From Candidatus Nomurabacteria bacterium (GTDB lineage Bacteria > Patescibacteriota > Minisyncoccia > Phycocordibacterales > UBA5272), in the NCBI GenBank assembly GCA_028286645.1, contig JAQBRF010000002.1, positions 58,518 to 122,517 on the forward strand: DNA of 64,000 bases, read 5' to 3'. Positions within the stretch are counted from its first letter, which is position 1, and every line of letters starts with the position of its first letter. The position numbers were made by a program, and so were the translations under genes. The notes below the pieces were generated by a model. That model saw only the letters and a list, made by a program, of their open reading frames with translations, did no database searches and had not been told where the DNA came from. Shown in pieces: positions 56,000 through 64,000 of this stretch.

Positions 56000-57012
56000 G
56001 TGCCTCCTTTTAATTGTGTAAAGCAGGCATTTAAATCGCAAGCGTAATTCTTTACCGCACACATACTATACGACCCAGTGCCCGGATTTATGGGGCATGC
56101 CCACTTTGGGATGCTAGAGGAAAACCCAGAAGACTCATTACAGTCTCGACTTGCCGCATTTGGGTTATCTCCATTTCCACAACAGTTGTAAGCGGCAAAC
56201 ACTCCAGCAAGTGGAGGTACTCCGGGGTACACTTGTTTTGCCGTGGTTAATTTTTCTTTAATTTTAGAAACACCAAGAGATATGTTTGTGCGAGGGTCTA
56301 ATATATTAGGAGTGCATGCTCCGCTTTGGTTTACCTGCATTAGTCCGCAGTTTGTCGTGCCGTTGTCATTTATCGCGCTTGGAGGAGGGTTCACAACTCC
56401 ATGGGACTCTCTGCACATAATTACAATGGTAAGGGCTGGATCTACTCCTACACGGTTGGATTCTTGATTAATAATATCTAAATACTGCTGGTAGTTGCAT
56501 CCAGCAAGCGCTGAGCACTGCGCTCCCCTGCAAACATTTCCACTTGATAAAGATGAGATTGCAGATTGAGTGTCGGTGCAAGATTTAGAGTTTGTGATTG
56601 AAGACACTTGAGTCGGAACAACATTCGTCAAACTCCCCCCCGCTGCCACCCCTGCCCTTGCTGCACGCAGCCCAGTTAATCCAATATCCCCCAGTAATAA
56701 ATCTTTGTTAAATGAGTAAAGAAGAGGAAATAGTAAAAATACCCCCAGAAGTCCGAGGATCACCCTTTTAAACTCAGCATTAGACTTGCTAATAGCCTGT
56801 TCAGATGCTGCCAGTCTAATTACTCCAGCGTGTCCAAACATAACAAATCCTGCCGTAGCTAAGATTACAAATGAAAGCATTAATAAGAAGCTGGTAGAAG
56901 CATAGAAAGATGGAGCTGAAGCATTAAAATTAGGATTTTGTATTCCTAGGGCTTTAGAGGCGGTGGACTCGAGAAGGGTATAAGATGTCGCCATGCTATT
57001 TACGGGTATCAA
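55996..57012 (-). CDS. VirB1-like lytic transglycosylase (SLT domain) with N-terminal two-TM pilin-like segment
   Basis: CRESHGVVNPP...CGLMQVNQ matches the SLT E-S...GLMQ motifs. Confidence 0.6.
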   Translation of the reverse strand: MIPVNSMATSYTLLESTASKALGIQNPNFNASAPSFYASTSFLLMLSFVILATAGFVMFGHAGVIRLAASEQAISKSNAEFKRVILGLLGVFLLFPLLYSFNKDLLLGDIGLTGLRAARAGVAAGGSLTNVVPTQVSSITNSKSCTDTQSAISSLSSGNVCRGAQCSALAGCNYQQYLDIINQESNRVGVDPALTIVIMCRESHGVVNPPPSAINDNGTTNCGLMQVNQSGACTPNILDPRTNISLGVSKIKEKLTTAKQVYPGVPPLAGVFAAYNCCGNGDNPNAASRDCNESSGFSSSIPKWACPINPGTGSYSMCAVKNYACDLNACFTQLKGGT

Positions 57013-57964
57013 ATATTAAGTCAATGCTAGTTTCTGCCTTCTGCAGGTTCCTTTTTATATTTGAAATAGAAATTGCTAGATTTTTTGCTCCGTAACTATT
57101 TTCGGCCGGGCTAAGTGAAAGCAGTCTGCCACCTATCGGAGTTATAGGAAGCCCGTCTAGCAACCAATCGTCAACCTCTCCACCAGAAGCTACTCCTTTG
57201 GTAGATAAATAGTATGGCTCTAAGGCTAATGTGAAATCTTTCGTCGTTTCAAAACGCCTTTCGATCATTCTAGAGTAATCAACTCCTAAAATATCGTCAT
57301 ATGTATAAAGAGCGGGGATTATATCGTGCGGGTAAACGGTAATACTTTTCTGAGAGGATAATCCTCCAGGTGAAGACACTGCCACCTTTATTATATTTGC
57401 ATCATTTAAATAGTCTAATTTAAGCGATACAGATTGCTTCCCTAAGCCTGAAGCACTGCTAAGGAGCTCATCATTTAGATACCACGAGTATGAGAGGCGG
57501 TTTCTTGAAACAAGGGCGCCACCTTCGCTAATGTTGGGGATGGCCACCACCCGAATCCCTGCCCCTTCTCCTGGTAAAGACCTGCCGTCGTAAAAAAGTG
57601 GAACCTCGCTCTCGGGAGATTCAAAAAGCAAGTCAATAGAAGAGGGAACAATTGTAACTGATGTACTAAGGGTCGATCCGTCAGGGGCGACAACAGAAGC
57701 AGTTACTGTGGTTTGAGTGCCGAGTCCTCCAGTTTTAATAGTAAGATTTTTTGCTCCTAATCCGGAAAGAGTGGTTTTCCCCGAAACAATCCAAGTAATA
57801 TTAGAAGTATTTACATCAAAAGAATAACTGCTTAAAGTTAAATTAACTGATGAGTTAGGAGTAGGGTTAGACGGGCTTATGTTAATTGTCGCTTCAATTT
57901 CTCCAAAAGAAACAGACAATGTGCTTACAAAAATGGAAAGGATTAATAATATTTTTAATTTCAT
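56996..57964 (-). CDS. Secreted protein of the T4SS-like cluster
   Basis: Signal peptide; operon position. Confidence 0.5.
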   Translation of the reverse strand: MKLKILLILSIFVSTLSVSFGEIEATINISPSNPTPNSSVNLTLSSYSFDVNTSNITWIVSGKTTLSGLGAKNLTIKTGGLGTQTTVTASVVAPDGSTLSTSVTIVPSSIDLLFESPESEVPLFYDGRSLPGEGAGIRVVAIPNISEGGALVSRNRLSYSWYLNDELLSSASGLGKQSVSLKLDYLNDANIIKVAVSSPGGLSSQKSITVYPHDIIPALYTYDDILGVDYSRMIERRFETTKDFTLALEPYYLSTKGVASGGEVDDWLLDGLPITPIGGRLLSLSPAENSYGAKNLAISISNIKRNLQKAETSIDLIFDTRK

Positions 57965-59778
57965 ACACCTTTTGCTTTTTCTGCCTCTTCCTTCATTGCT
58001 TTTATTTGTAATAATTGAGAAGGGTCGCTTGTGATTATTTGATCTTCAGTATAAGACGCTACGACTTTTATGGCTACATGTTTAAGTCCGGCGAAAAAGA
58101 TTCCCTCCCCCACTCCAGACTCTAAGAGTAAAAACTTTTCTTCATCAGTTAAGTTAAATGTTTTCTGAACCATATCAATTGACGACGGGGATTGCTTTAA
58201 TAGAAGCTGGATAGACGAGTTTGTGATAATTGGCAATCCATATGGAGACTTAAGGAAGTCCCCTACGTCTTGCGTAATGGTGGCAAGTCCTAAATAATAC
58301 TTTCTACCACGCTTTGCAAGCCCGAATAAAAATGATGCTGTGTCATCGTTTTTCATCATGATCCACGCTTCGTCCACCACAAGCAATCTCTTCTTTATAT
58401 CTTTTCTTACCGCATTCCATATGTAGTGAGTAATTATATACATGGCAACCGGCTTTAATTCCTCTTCCATGTCTCGAATGGAGAAACAGACAAGCTTTTT
58501 ATTTATATCCACATTCGATGGCTGGTTAATAAATCCAGCCCATGTTCCCTTGGTGTACTTGGAAAGCCTTGCCTGAAGATCTTCTGATCCGGTGATTCCT
58601 CCAAGCACTGTTTCAAAGTCGGATAGTAATGGCGGTTCAAGCTGGGTAAAATCATTGTCCCCTGAAATATCTTTTAAAGCATATGTCTCTGTAATTGCTT
58701 GGTCTACAATTGCGTCTTCTTCTGGCGTAAGCCCTCCTAACATGACCCGGAAAAGCCCAACAAGGTTTACGATGTTTGAGCGAAGCACCTCAGAGGGAGA
58801 TTCATCCTCTCCTGGGTGTGGCAAATCGAATGGATTAATATGGTGTTCCGAAGTTAGAGAGATATCGAAATATCTTCCTCCGACAGATTCTGCTAGATAT
58901 TCATACTCTCTTTCCGGGTCGATAATGATCACCTCGGTATCGAACATAAGAGTTCTAAGAATCTCAAGTTTGGCCATATAGCTTTTTCCTGATCCTGACT
59001 TGGCAAATATAATGGAGTTGTAGTTTTCCAGCGAGAAACGGTCAAAAAGAATCAAGCTTCCGTTGTGCCTGTTTAATCCGTACAAAATTCCCTTGTCTGA
59101 TGAAAGATCAAATGAAACGAAAGGAAAGAACGAGGAAAGTGGCGAGGTATTTAGTTTATTTTTTATTCCCAGAAGGTCCTCTCCCACGGGAAGAGTAGAA
59201 ATAAAACCAGTATCTTGCTGGAAAAGGGCTGGTTTAACATATACAAGCTTGCTTTCAAGAATGTTTTTTATTTCATTTTCCACTTTGTTTAGCTCCTCCT
59301 CGGATCCTCCATAAAGAGTTATATAAAGAGAAACTTCAAACATCTTTTCTTGAGCTTGGGTCAGTCCATCCCGTAGATCTTCTAAATCCTTGTACGCTAC
59401 ATCTAGTGTGGGATCTCGCACTAGCCCCTTTTCCTCTCTTGTCATTATTTGGCTCTCGACCTCTGCTACTTTTCTCTGGAATTTTTTCATTACGTCTCCT
59501 GTGTCCAGCGGATTTACATGTATTGCCACATCAAAAACTTTGTCTAGGTTTATTATCGGGCTTAACCAATTATCAGTTAAGTATCTGGGATAAGAAATTA
59601 CAAAGTATGAGCGCACGACGTTTGTCCCTAAGTTTAAAGACTTAGGCTGAACTCCAAGAGCGCTCGGAGCTAAGATGTCTTTTAGCTGCATTTCCGCAAC
59701 CTTATATACCTGGTCTGGCAAAATCGGAGCGACAGCGGATGTTATTTTCTTAGCGTGTAAAAAATCAAATAATCCCAT
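57961..59778 (-). CDS. virB4: VirB4/TrbE-like type IV secretion ATPase
   Basis: Walker A AKSGSGKSYM; Walker B LLVVDEAW. Confidence 0.8.
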   Translation of the reverse strand: MGLFDFLHAKKITSAVAPILPDQVYKVAEMQLKDILAPSALGVQPKSLNLGTNVVRSYFVISYPRYLTDNWLSPIINLDKVFDVAIHVNPLDTGDVMKKFQRKVAEVESQIMTREEKGLVRDPTLDVAYKDLEDLRDGLTQAQEKMFEVSLYITLYGGSEEELNKVENEIKNILESKLVYVKPALFQQDTGFISTLPVGEDLLGIKNKLNTSPLSSFFPFVSFDLSSDKGILYGLNRHNGSLILFDRFSLENYNSIIFAKSGSGKSYMAKLEILRTLMFDTEVIIIDPEREYEYLAESVGGRYFDISLTSEHHINPFDLPHPGEDESPSEVLRSNIVNLVGLFRVMLGGLTPEEDAIVDQAITETYALKDISGDNDFTQLEPPLLSDFETVLGGITGSEDLQARLSKYTKGTWAGFINQPSNVDINKKLVCFSIRDMEEELKPVAMYIITHYIWNAVRKDIKKRLLVVDEAWIMMKNDDTASFLFGLAKRGRKYYLGLATITQDVGDFLKSPYGLPIITNSSIQLLLKQSPSSIDMVQKTFNLTDEEKFLLLESGVGEGIFFAGLKHVAIKVVASYTEDQIITSDPSQLLQIKAMKEEAEKAKGV

Positions 59779-59780
59779 GG

Positions 59781-60413
59781 TTATAATGTTTGTATCTTAG
59801 GTGCGGCTCTGTCCTGCTCTCCTGGATTAAAAAGTTTATAAAACAACTCAACCACCTCTTCAGTTCCTAGCTTTTGAGATCGAAGCCCGAATCGTGAAAG
59901 GCCTTGCATAACCGTTGAAACTCTTTGTTCTAGCTGAATTCTGGAGGTCTCAAATTGAGATGCATCACTTTTTGGAGCCCCGCTAATATTAAATGAAAAA
60001 GATGAGCCTTTAGAACCCCCCCCGCTGCTTTGAGAATAAGGAATAACAATAAAAAAGTGCTTAGTCATTATATTCGTCTCCTCGGTAAACTTATTAATGA
60101 ATCCCATGTATTCGTTAATTTGGATTTTTAAGAGATCTTCTTTTATTTCTTTGCTTCGTTCTTCCAACAAATCAATGTATGGCTTAATGTTGAGTCGTCT
60201 TGATTGTATAAAGAATTGTATTGGAAAATCCAGAGTATTTAAAAGATTTTGGAATTGAAGGAGTGTGGCCCGCTGCTCGTCTTCGCTTTTCAAAGCCAGA
60301 TTCAAAGAGCTAGTTATAAGAATGGATCTGAGCTCCCCTCCTTTTAGTTCGATAATTCCGTCTCGGACTCGTTCAATGGGAACAAAGTCCTGCGTTGCTA
60401 CACCTTTTGCCAT
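59781..60413 (-). CDS. Hypothetical protein of the T4SS-like cluster
   Basis: Operon position. Confidence 0.45.
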   Translation of the reverse strand: MAKGVATQDFVPIERVRDGIIELKGGELRSILITSSLNLALKSEDEQRATLLQFQNLLNTLDFPIQFFIQSRRLNIKPYIDLLEERSKEIKEDLLKIQINEYMGFINKFTEETNIMTKHFFIVIPYSQSSGGGSKGSSFSFNISGAPKSDASQFETSRIQLEQRVSTVMQGLSRFGLRSQKLGTEEVVELFYKLFNPGEQDRAAPKIQTL

Positions 60414-60436
60414 ATAACTTCTAGTATACAGTAGAA

Positions 60437-60877
60437 TTATTTGATCCCTCCTTCATCCTGTGGGTTGCGATCAAGAACATCAAGTCCTAGCGATATATCA
60501 TGAAGCTTGTCCCTCTTCGCTTTTGAGAGAAGTATCTCTTTTGTGGTGTCTGTTACAACTTTATCAATATGCTCTTCTATTTTTTGGTTTTTCCCATCGG
60601 GCTGCTTCCAGGTATAAATTTTTACCCCCGTGTAGTAAGAAAAGGCACTTTCTAGTATTTCTCCAAAAGTTCTATTGTTTACTTTTACAAAAGCCAGGGC
60701 AAGAAAAAGTCCCGCAACGGGAATTATTACAATAACAGCAATTGTTTTTATGGGGATGAAGGTCCAAATAAGGAAGGAAAACCCGCCAGCACCAAGCAAA
60801 TATCCAAATTGCTTTAAAGTAAAAGGCCCGATAACCTTATCTTCCACGTCAATGAATTGTGGTACGCGAAATTGCAT
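60437..60877 (-). CDS. Two-TM membrane protein, VirB3/PrgI-like
   Basis: Small, two adjacent TM helices, directly upstream of the VirB4-region genes. Confidence 0.45.
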   Translation of the reverse strand: MQFRVPQFIDVEDKVIGPFTLKQFGYLLGAGGFSFLIWTFIPIKTIAVIVIIPVAGLFLALAFVKVNNRTFGEILESAFSYYTGVKIYTWKQPDGKNQKIEEHIDKVVTDTTKEILLSKAKRDKLHDISLGLDVLDRNPQDEGGIK

Positions 60878-60895
60878 ATTAAGTAAAGTATATCA

Positions 60896-61651
60896 CTAGA
60901 CCTCTTCCGCAACCTCCCGGTAAGGGTCTACGTTGTATTTGGTAGGGGCTTTGCTATATGACGCAGACTTTAATTTAGCGTCTACCACTTTATTGCCATC
61001 ATCTCCAAACATATAATTTTCTAGGGTTACGTTGTTGTCTAAGGTATTCTCCCCTTCTTTTTTCTCCGCATCTATTTTATTTATCTGCTCTTTTATATGA
61101 TTTAGCCGCGCATCGACTTCTTCGTCTTTTGGAATAGAGCCAATTAGCTGGAGCTGTTCTAAAAGCTGAGATCTGGATCCTGGCGTTAAAACTGTTGTTT
61201 TCTTTGCCTGAGGATTGGGATTAGGATTATTTGGTTTAACAGCCTCGCGATTCGTGTTATCTAAAATTTCTTTTCTTAACTCATCAGGGGATCTCACGCC
61301 CTCAAATACTAATGTTTTAATCTCAGGATTGGTTCCTTTCCCGAGAATGGATATGCGGGCTTTTTCTAAAATGCTTTTATCCAAGTCCCCAGCGAGGTTC
61401 CGGGCATCATCCGGCGACATTTTTAAAATTTCTTCAAGAGCCCTCATCACATCCGACGGCTGCAGGGCCCCAATTAAGATAAACGAAATTATGTTTGATA
61501 AAGGCACATAAGACGTCATCGGAAGTTTATAAATCTTTCCTAGAGTCGCCGTTACCGAATTTATTTCACCGCTAGAAAGCATCCCCTGTATTTCAGGGCT
61601 TGCTTGATTTATCAGCTCATCAATGTTTGTCGCTATATAGGAGAGGTTCAT
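60896..61651 (-). CDS. Hypothetical protein of the T4SS-like cluster
   Basis: Operon position. Confidence 0.45.
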   Translation of the reverse strand: MNLSYIATNIDELINQASPEIQGMLSSGEINSVTATLGKIYKLPMTSYVPLSNIISFILIGALQPSDVMRALEEILKMSPDDARNLAGDLDKSILEKARISILGKGTNPEIKTLVFEGVRSPDELRKEILDNTNREAVKPNNPNPNPQAKKTTVLTPGSRSQLLEQLQLIGSIPKDEEVDARLNHIKEQINKIDAEKKEGENTLDNNVTLENYMFGDDGNKVVDAKLKSASYSKAPTKYNVDPYREVAEEV

Positions 61652-61652
61652 G

Positions 61653-63845
61653 TTATGCGGCTTTCTTTAAATCATCTTCATCCGGATGAGAGGCTGCCGC
61701 TCCTGTGGTAGGAGGTTCATCTGCCGGGTGTACGGCTACTGGAGGAGGTGGTGGTGGAGGTGGAGGCGGGGTATCGCGACGCGGCGCGTCAACATTCTTT
61801 ATAGGAACTCCTTGTCTCATAAATGCCGGAGTATCGAGATTCGCCCCCGCTGATCTCTCGGCATGAGTTTGAATTGCAGGGTCCTTTTTGTTTTCAGCGC
61901 GTCTTGCAGCGGCCTCAGCGGCAAGAGTCTGAAGATCTTTATTCATGTCGGTGGGAGTAAGGGTTTCTGAATGAGTTGGAGTGGATGTGACTTGTGGTTC
62001 TGGGGGTTCAACATTTAGCGGATTAGTCAGCGGGGTAACGGGCTCAGTCGCTTTACCTGTCAGAGCGTCAGCGAGATTTTGCTGGGATTCCGCCATTTTT
62101 CTATTTGTTTCCCTATCTTGTTGCCTCTCACTTTCTTTTATTTTTTCTTTCTGTTCTGAATAAGCAAGTTTGGCATCCTGTTTTAATAGTTTATCTCGCG
62201 TCTCCTGATCTTGAGAATCGAAAAACTTTTGACGCTCTTGCTCTTCTAGTGACTGATATTCTGACGTGGCTTTGCCCCGGCCTGATTTTATGGAATCTTT
62301 AAGTTTTTGTCTTAGGTCTGGTCTTCCCAATAGAACTCCACCCGCTCTGTTTACGTATCTGGTTATCTGGGGGTCCATGGATTCATCCACATCCCCTTTT
62401 CGATGGAGCAGATCTCCGTTCTGATCATAAACATTTCTTTGGAACTTCCTTTTGAAATCTAACTCTTCTACTTTCTCTGTATCCCGCGCTTCTCTTGCTT
62501 TTTCAAACCCTAATTTTCTACCTTCTCCCATTCCCATTCCGACATTTTTTAAATTTCCCCCAATAAGTTGAGTATTTCTTGCATCAAAAGAGCTGTTGGC
62601 AAGGGAATTGCTCATAGAGTACAAATTTTTTCCTATAAATGAGTCGCGGTTATTTCTCATCCATGTACTATCTCTTAGTGCCATTGCACGATTTCCTATA
62701 GTTCCACGTGCTAGTAGACCCGCCCCACCGGTTGCCACCCCTAGTCCGAACCCACCCACTTTGCCCATAAAGTTTGTCGCCATATTTCCCGCCTCCCCTC
62801 CTATCTTTTTCGTGACTTTATACATTATATGTAGCATGACCAACATCATAAGGGTATTAAAGAACACTTGGGCGTTCCCACCGATCCCATTTTTAAATGC
62901 TCCGCCAGGAGACTGGAAAACTTCTAAGAACTTTAGAGTGAGTGCAAACATAATCATAAATACAGGTGCGACGGCGAGTTGTTCGAAATAAAGCTTTCTC
63001 ATCTTTACGGCAGCATCTCCAAGCCAAGGGACTACAGCGTCTACAAATAAGAGGGGCGATGCAATAGTAAGGAATACCAGTATCGCCGTTCTCACCACCA
63101 ACATAAGAGAAATCATAAATAAAATGAAAGCCGCGTATAATACATAAGCAGTTACCATAAGTGCGCCAGGAGTGCTATTTGTATCTGTTATGTCTTTTGC
63201 GTTACCGGGTTTATTTGTAACTCCGGAAATCATATTACTTAAGCCAAGCCTGTTTACGATAAGAGTTCCAGGGGTGCTTTGCCCAGAACCATTAACTAAA
63301 TTCCCCATACTTCCTCCTAGTGCGTCTGACCCCACCGCTCCAGCATAAACATTTAAAGCTATGACATTAGAAACATCGATGGGTATCCGAGAAATCGGAT
63401 ATGATAAGTTAACGAAAAGAGCGTATATCACCACCCATGGAATATATTTCGCGAACTTATCATCTTTTCCGATAATATAAAGAAACCCTAAGTAAAGACC
63501 GGCAAATAAAATTACTACATTTAAAGCTTGTCTAACTACTAACCAGGCAGTATATAATGAGTCTGGTGCCCAGGAAGAAAAATTTAATATTCCTAACTGC
63601 ACTCCTAAATTAAATATGTTGGCTGATAACCATAAAAGAAACGTAGCAATAGGTAAAAGAGTGTGTTTTATTACCCAGGAAATCAACGAATCCATACAAC
63701 CCGCTAAATTTCCATCAAAAAGATTACATAGTGATACATCTTTACTCTGGTTGTCAGCGGTTTGAGCAAGGGTTGTAGCAGTTTTATTGGCAGAATTATT
63801 CAAATTCTGATTATATTGGTCCCTACTTATTTCGCCTCTTTCCAA
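61653..63845 (-). CDS. VirB6/TrbL-like polytopic membrane protein with long C-terminal extension ending in a poly-Pro tract
   Basis: At least 6 TM helices in the N-terminal 350 aa; C-terminal charged coiled region and PPPPPPPPPPP; track start is a non-ATG codon, an in-frame ATG lies ~24 nt upstream. Confidence 0.6.
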   Translation of the reverse strand: MERGEISRDQYNQNLNNSANKTATTLAQTADNQSKDVSLCNLFDGNLAGCMDSLISWVIKHTLLPIATFLLWLSANIFNLGVQLGILNFSSWAPDSLYTAWLVVRQALNVVILFAGLYLGFLYIIGKDDKFAKYIPWVVIYALFVNLSYPISRIPIDVSNVIALNVYAGAVGSDALGGSMGNLVNGSGQSTPGTLIVNRLGLSNMISGVTNKPGNAKDITDTNSTPGALMVTAYVLYAAFILFMISLMLVVRTAILVFLTIASPLLFVDAVVPWLGDAAVKMRKLYFEQLAVAPVFMIMFALTLKFLEVFQSPGGAFKNGIGGNAQVFFNTLMMLVMLHIMYKVTKKIGGEAGNMATNFMGKVGGFGLGVATGGAGLLARGTIGNRAMALRDSTWMRNNRDSFIGKNLYSMSNSLANSSFDARNTQLIGGNLKNVGMGMGEGRKLGFEKAREARDTEKVEELDFKRKFQRNVYDQNGDLLHRKGDVDESMDPQITRYVNRAGGVLLGRPDLRQKLKDSIKSGRGKATSEYQSLEEQERQKFFDSQDQETRDKLLKQDAKLAYSEQKEKIKESERQQDRETNRKMAESQQNLADALTGKATEPVTPLTNPLNVEPPEPQVTSTPTHSETLTPTDMNKDLQTLAAEAAARRAENKKDPAIQTHAERSAGANLDTPAFMRQGVPIKNVDAPRRDTPPPPPPPPPPVAVHPADEPPTTGAAASHPDEDDLKKAA

Positions 63846-64000
63846 TTTAACTCGATTATCGGCGGCATTTAACTGGTCTGTTGCTAGTATTTTTGCTTGT
63901 ATTGCAGAGTTTTTTATTCCCGGGTCTACTTCTCCCGTGGACCCTTCGCCAACAGGCGTGGGGGTACTGCTAGTATTAATAATATCGTCTAAGTAAGCTA

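Overview
AT-rich, gene-dense bacterial chromosome segment (no tools used; all calls are from reading the sequence and ORF track). It spans the replication origin region: dnaN <- dnaA <- [DnaA-box/AT-rich intergenic region] -> rpmH -> rnpA -> yidC. Housekeeping genes present: polA, tsaE, tyrS, class-A PBP, murI, a MurE-like ligase, ruvA (separate from ruvB-ruvC), ruvX, mutM, rplS, rpsT, an RluA-family enzyme, and two CsaA-like tRNA-binding proteins. There are 8 tRNA genes (His, Leu, Val, Arg-TCT, Ser, Arg-GCG, Lys) plus several tRNA 3'-end fragments. Gene content and style are consistent with a reduced-genome CPR/Patescibacteria-like organism (inference): small proteins, a standalone PilB, a VirB4/VirB6/VirB1-like type-IV-secretion-like cluster at 56-64 kb, and a cupredoxin. 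Five things stand out. (1) At 3.4-10.2 kb, an array of about 12 small same-strand accessory genes, each preceded by a conserved ~45-bp promoter/leader module, with repeated ~85-bp and ~40-bp intergenic elements between them. (2) At 10.3-13.9 kb, a mosaic delimited by at least 5 copies or fragments of the tRNA-His 3' end, including a perfect 42-bp palindrome, ending at the intact tRNA-His. (3) Five short GC-rich inserts (about 11.9-13.8, 29.2-29.6, 31.5-32.5, 34.3-34.8 and 41.8-44.0 kb) whose genes use GC3-rich codons, carry classical Shine-Dalgarno sequences and sit behind consensus TTGACA-N17-TATACT promoters. Native genes instead mostly have a -10-like box 6-9 nt from the start codon, suggesting leaderless mRNAs. 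(4) Two GC-rich secreted Ala-rich paralogues sharing a Cys-containing C-terminal domain. (5) A large surface protein with about ten 36-bp in-frame tandem repeats.
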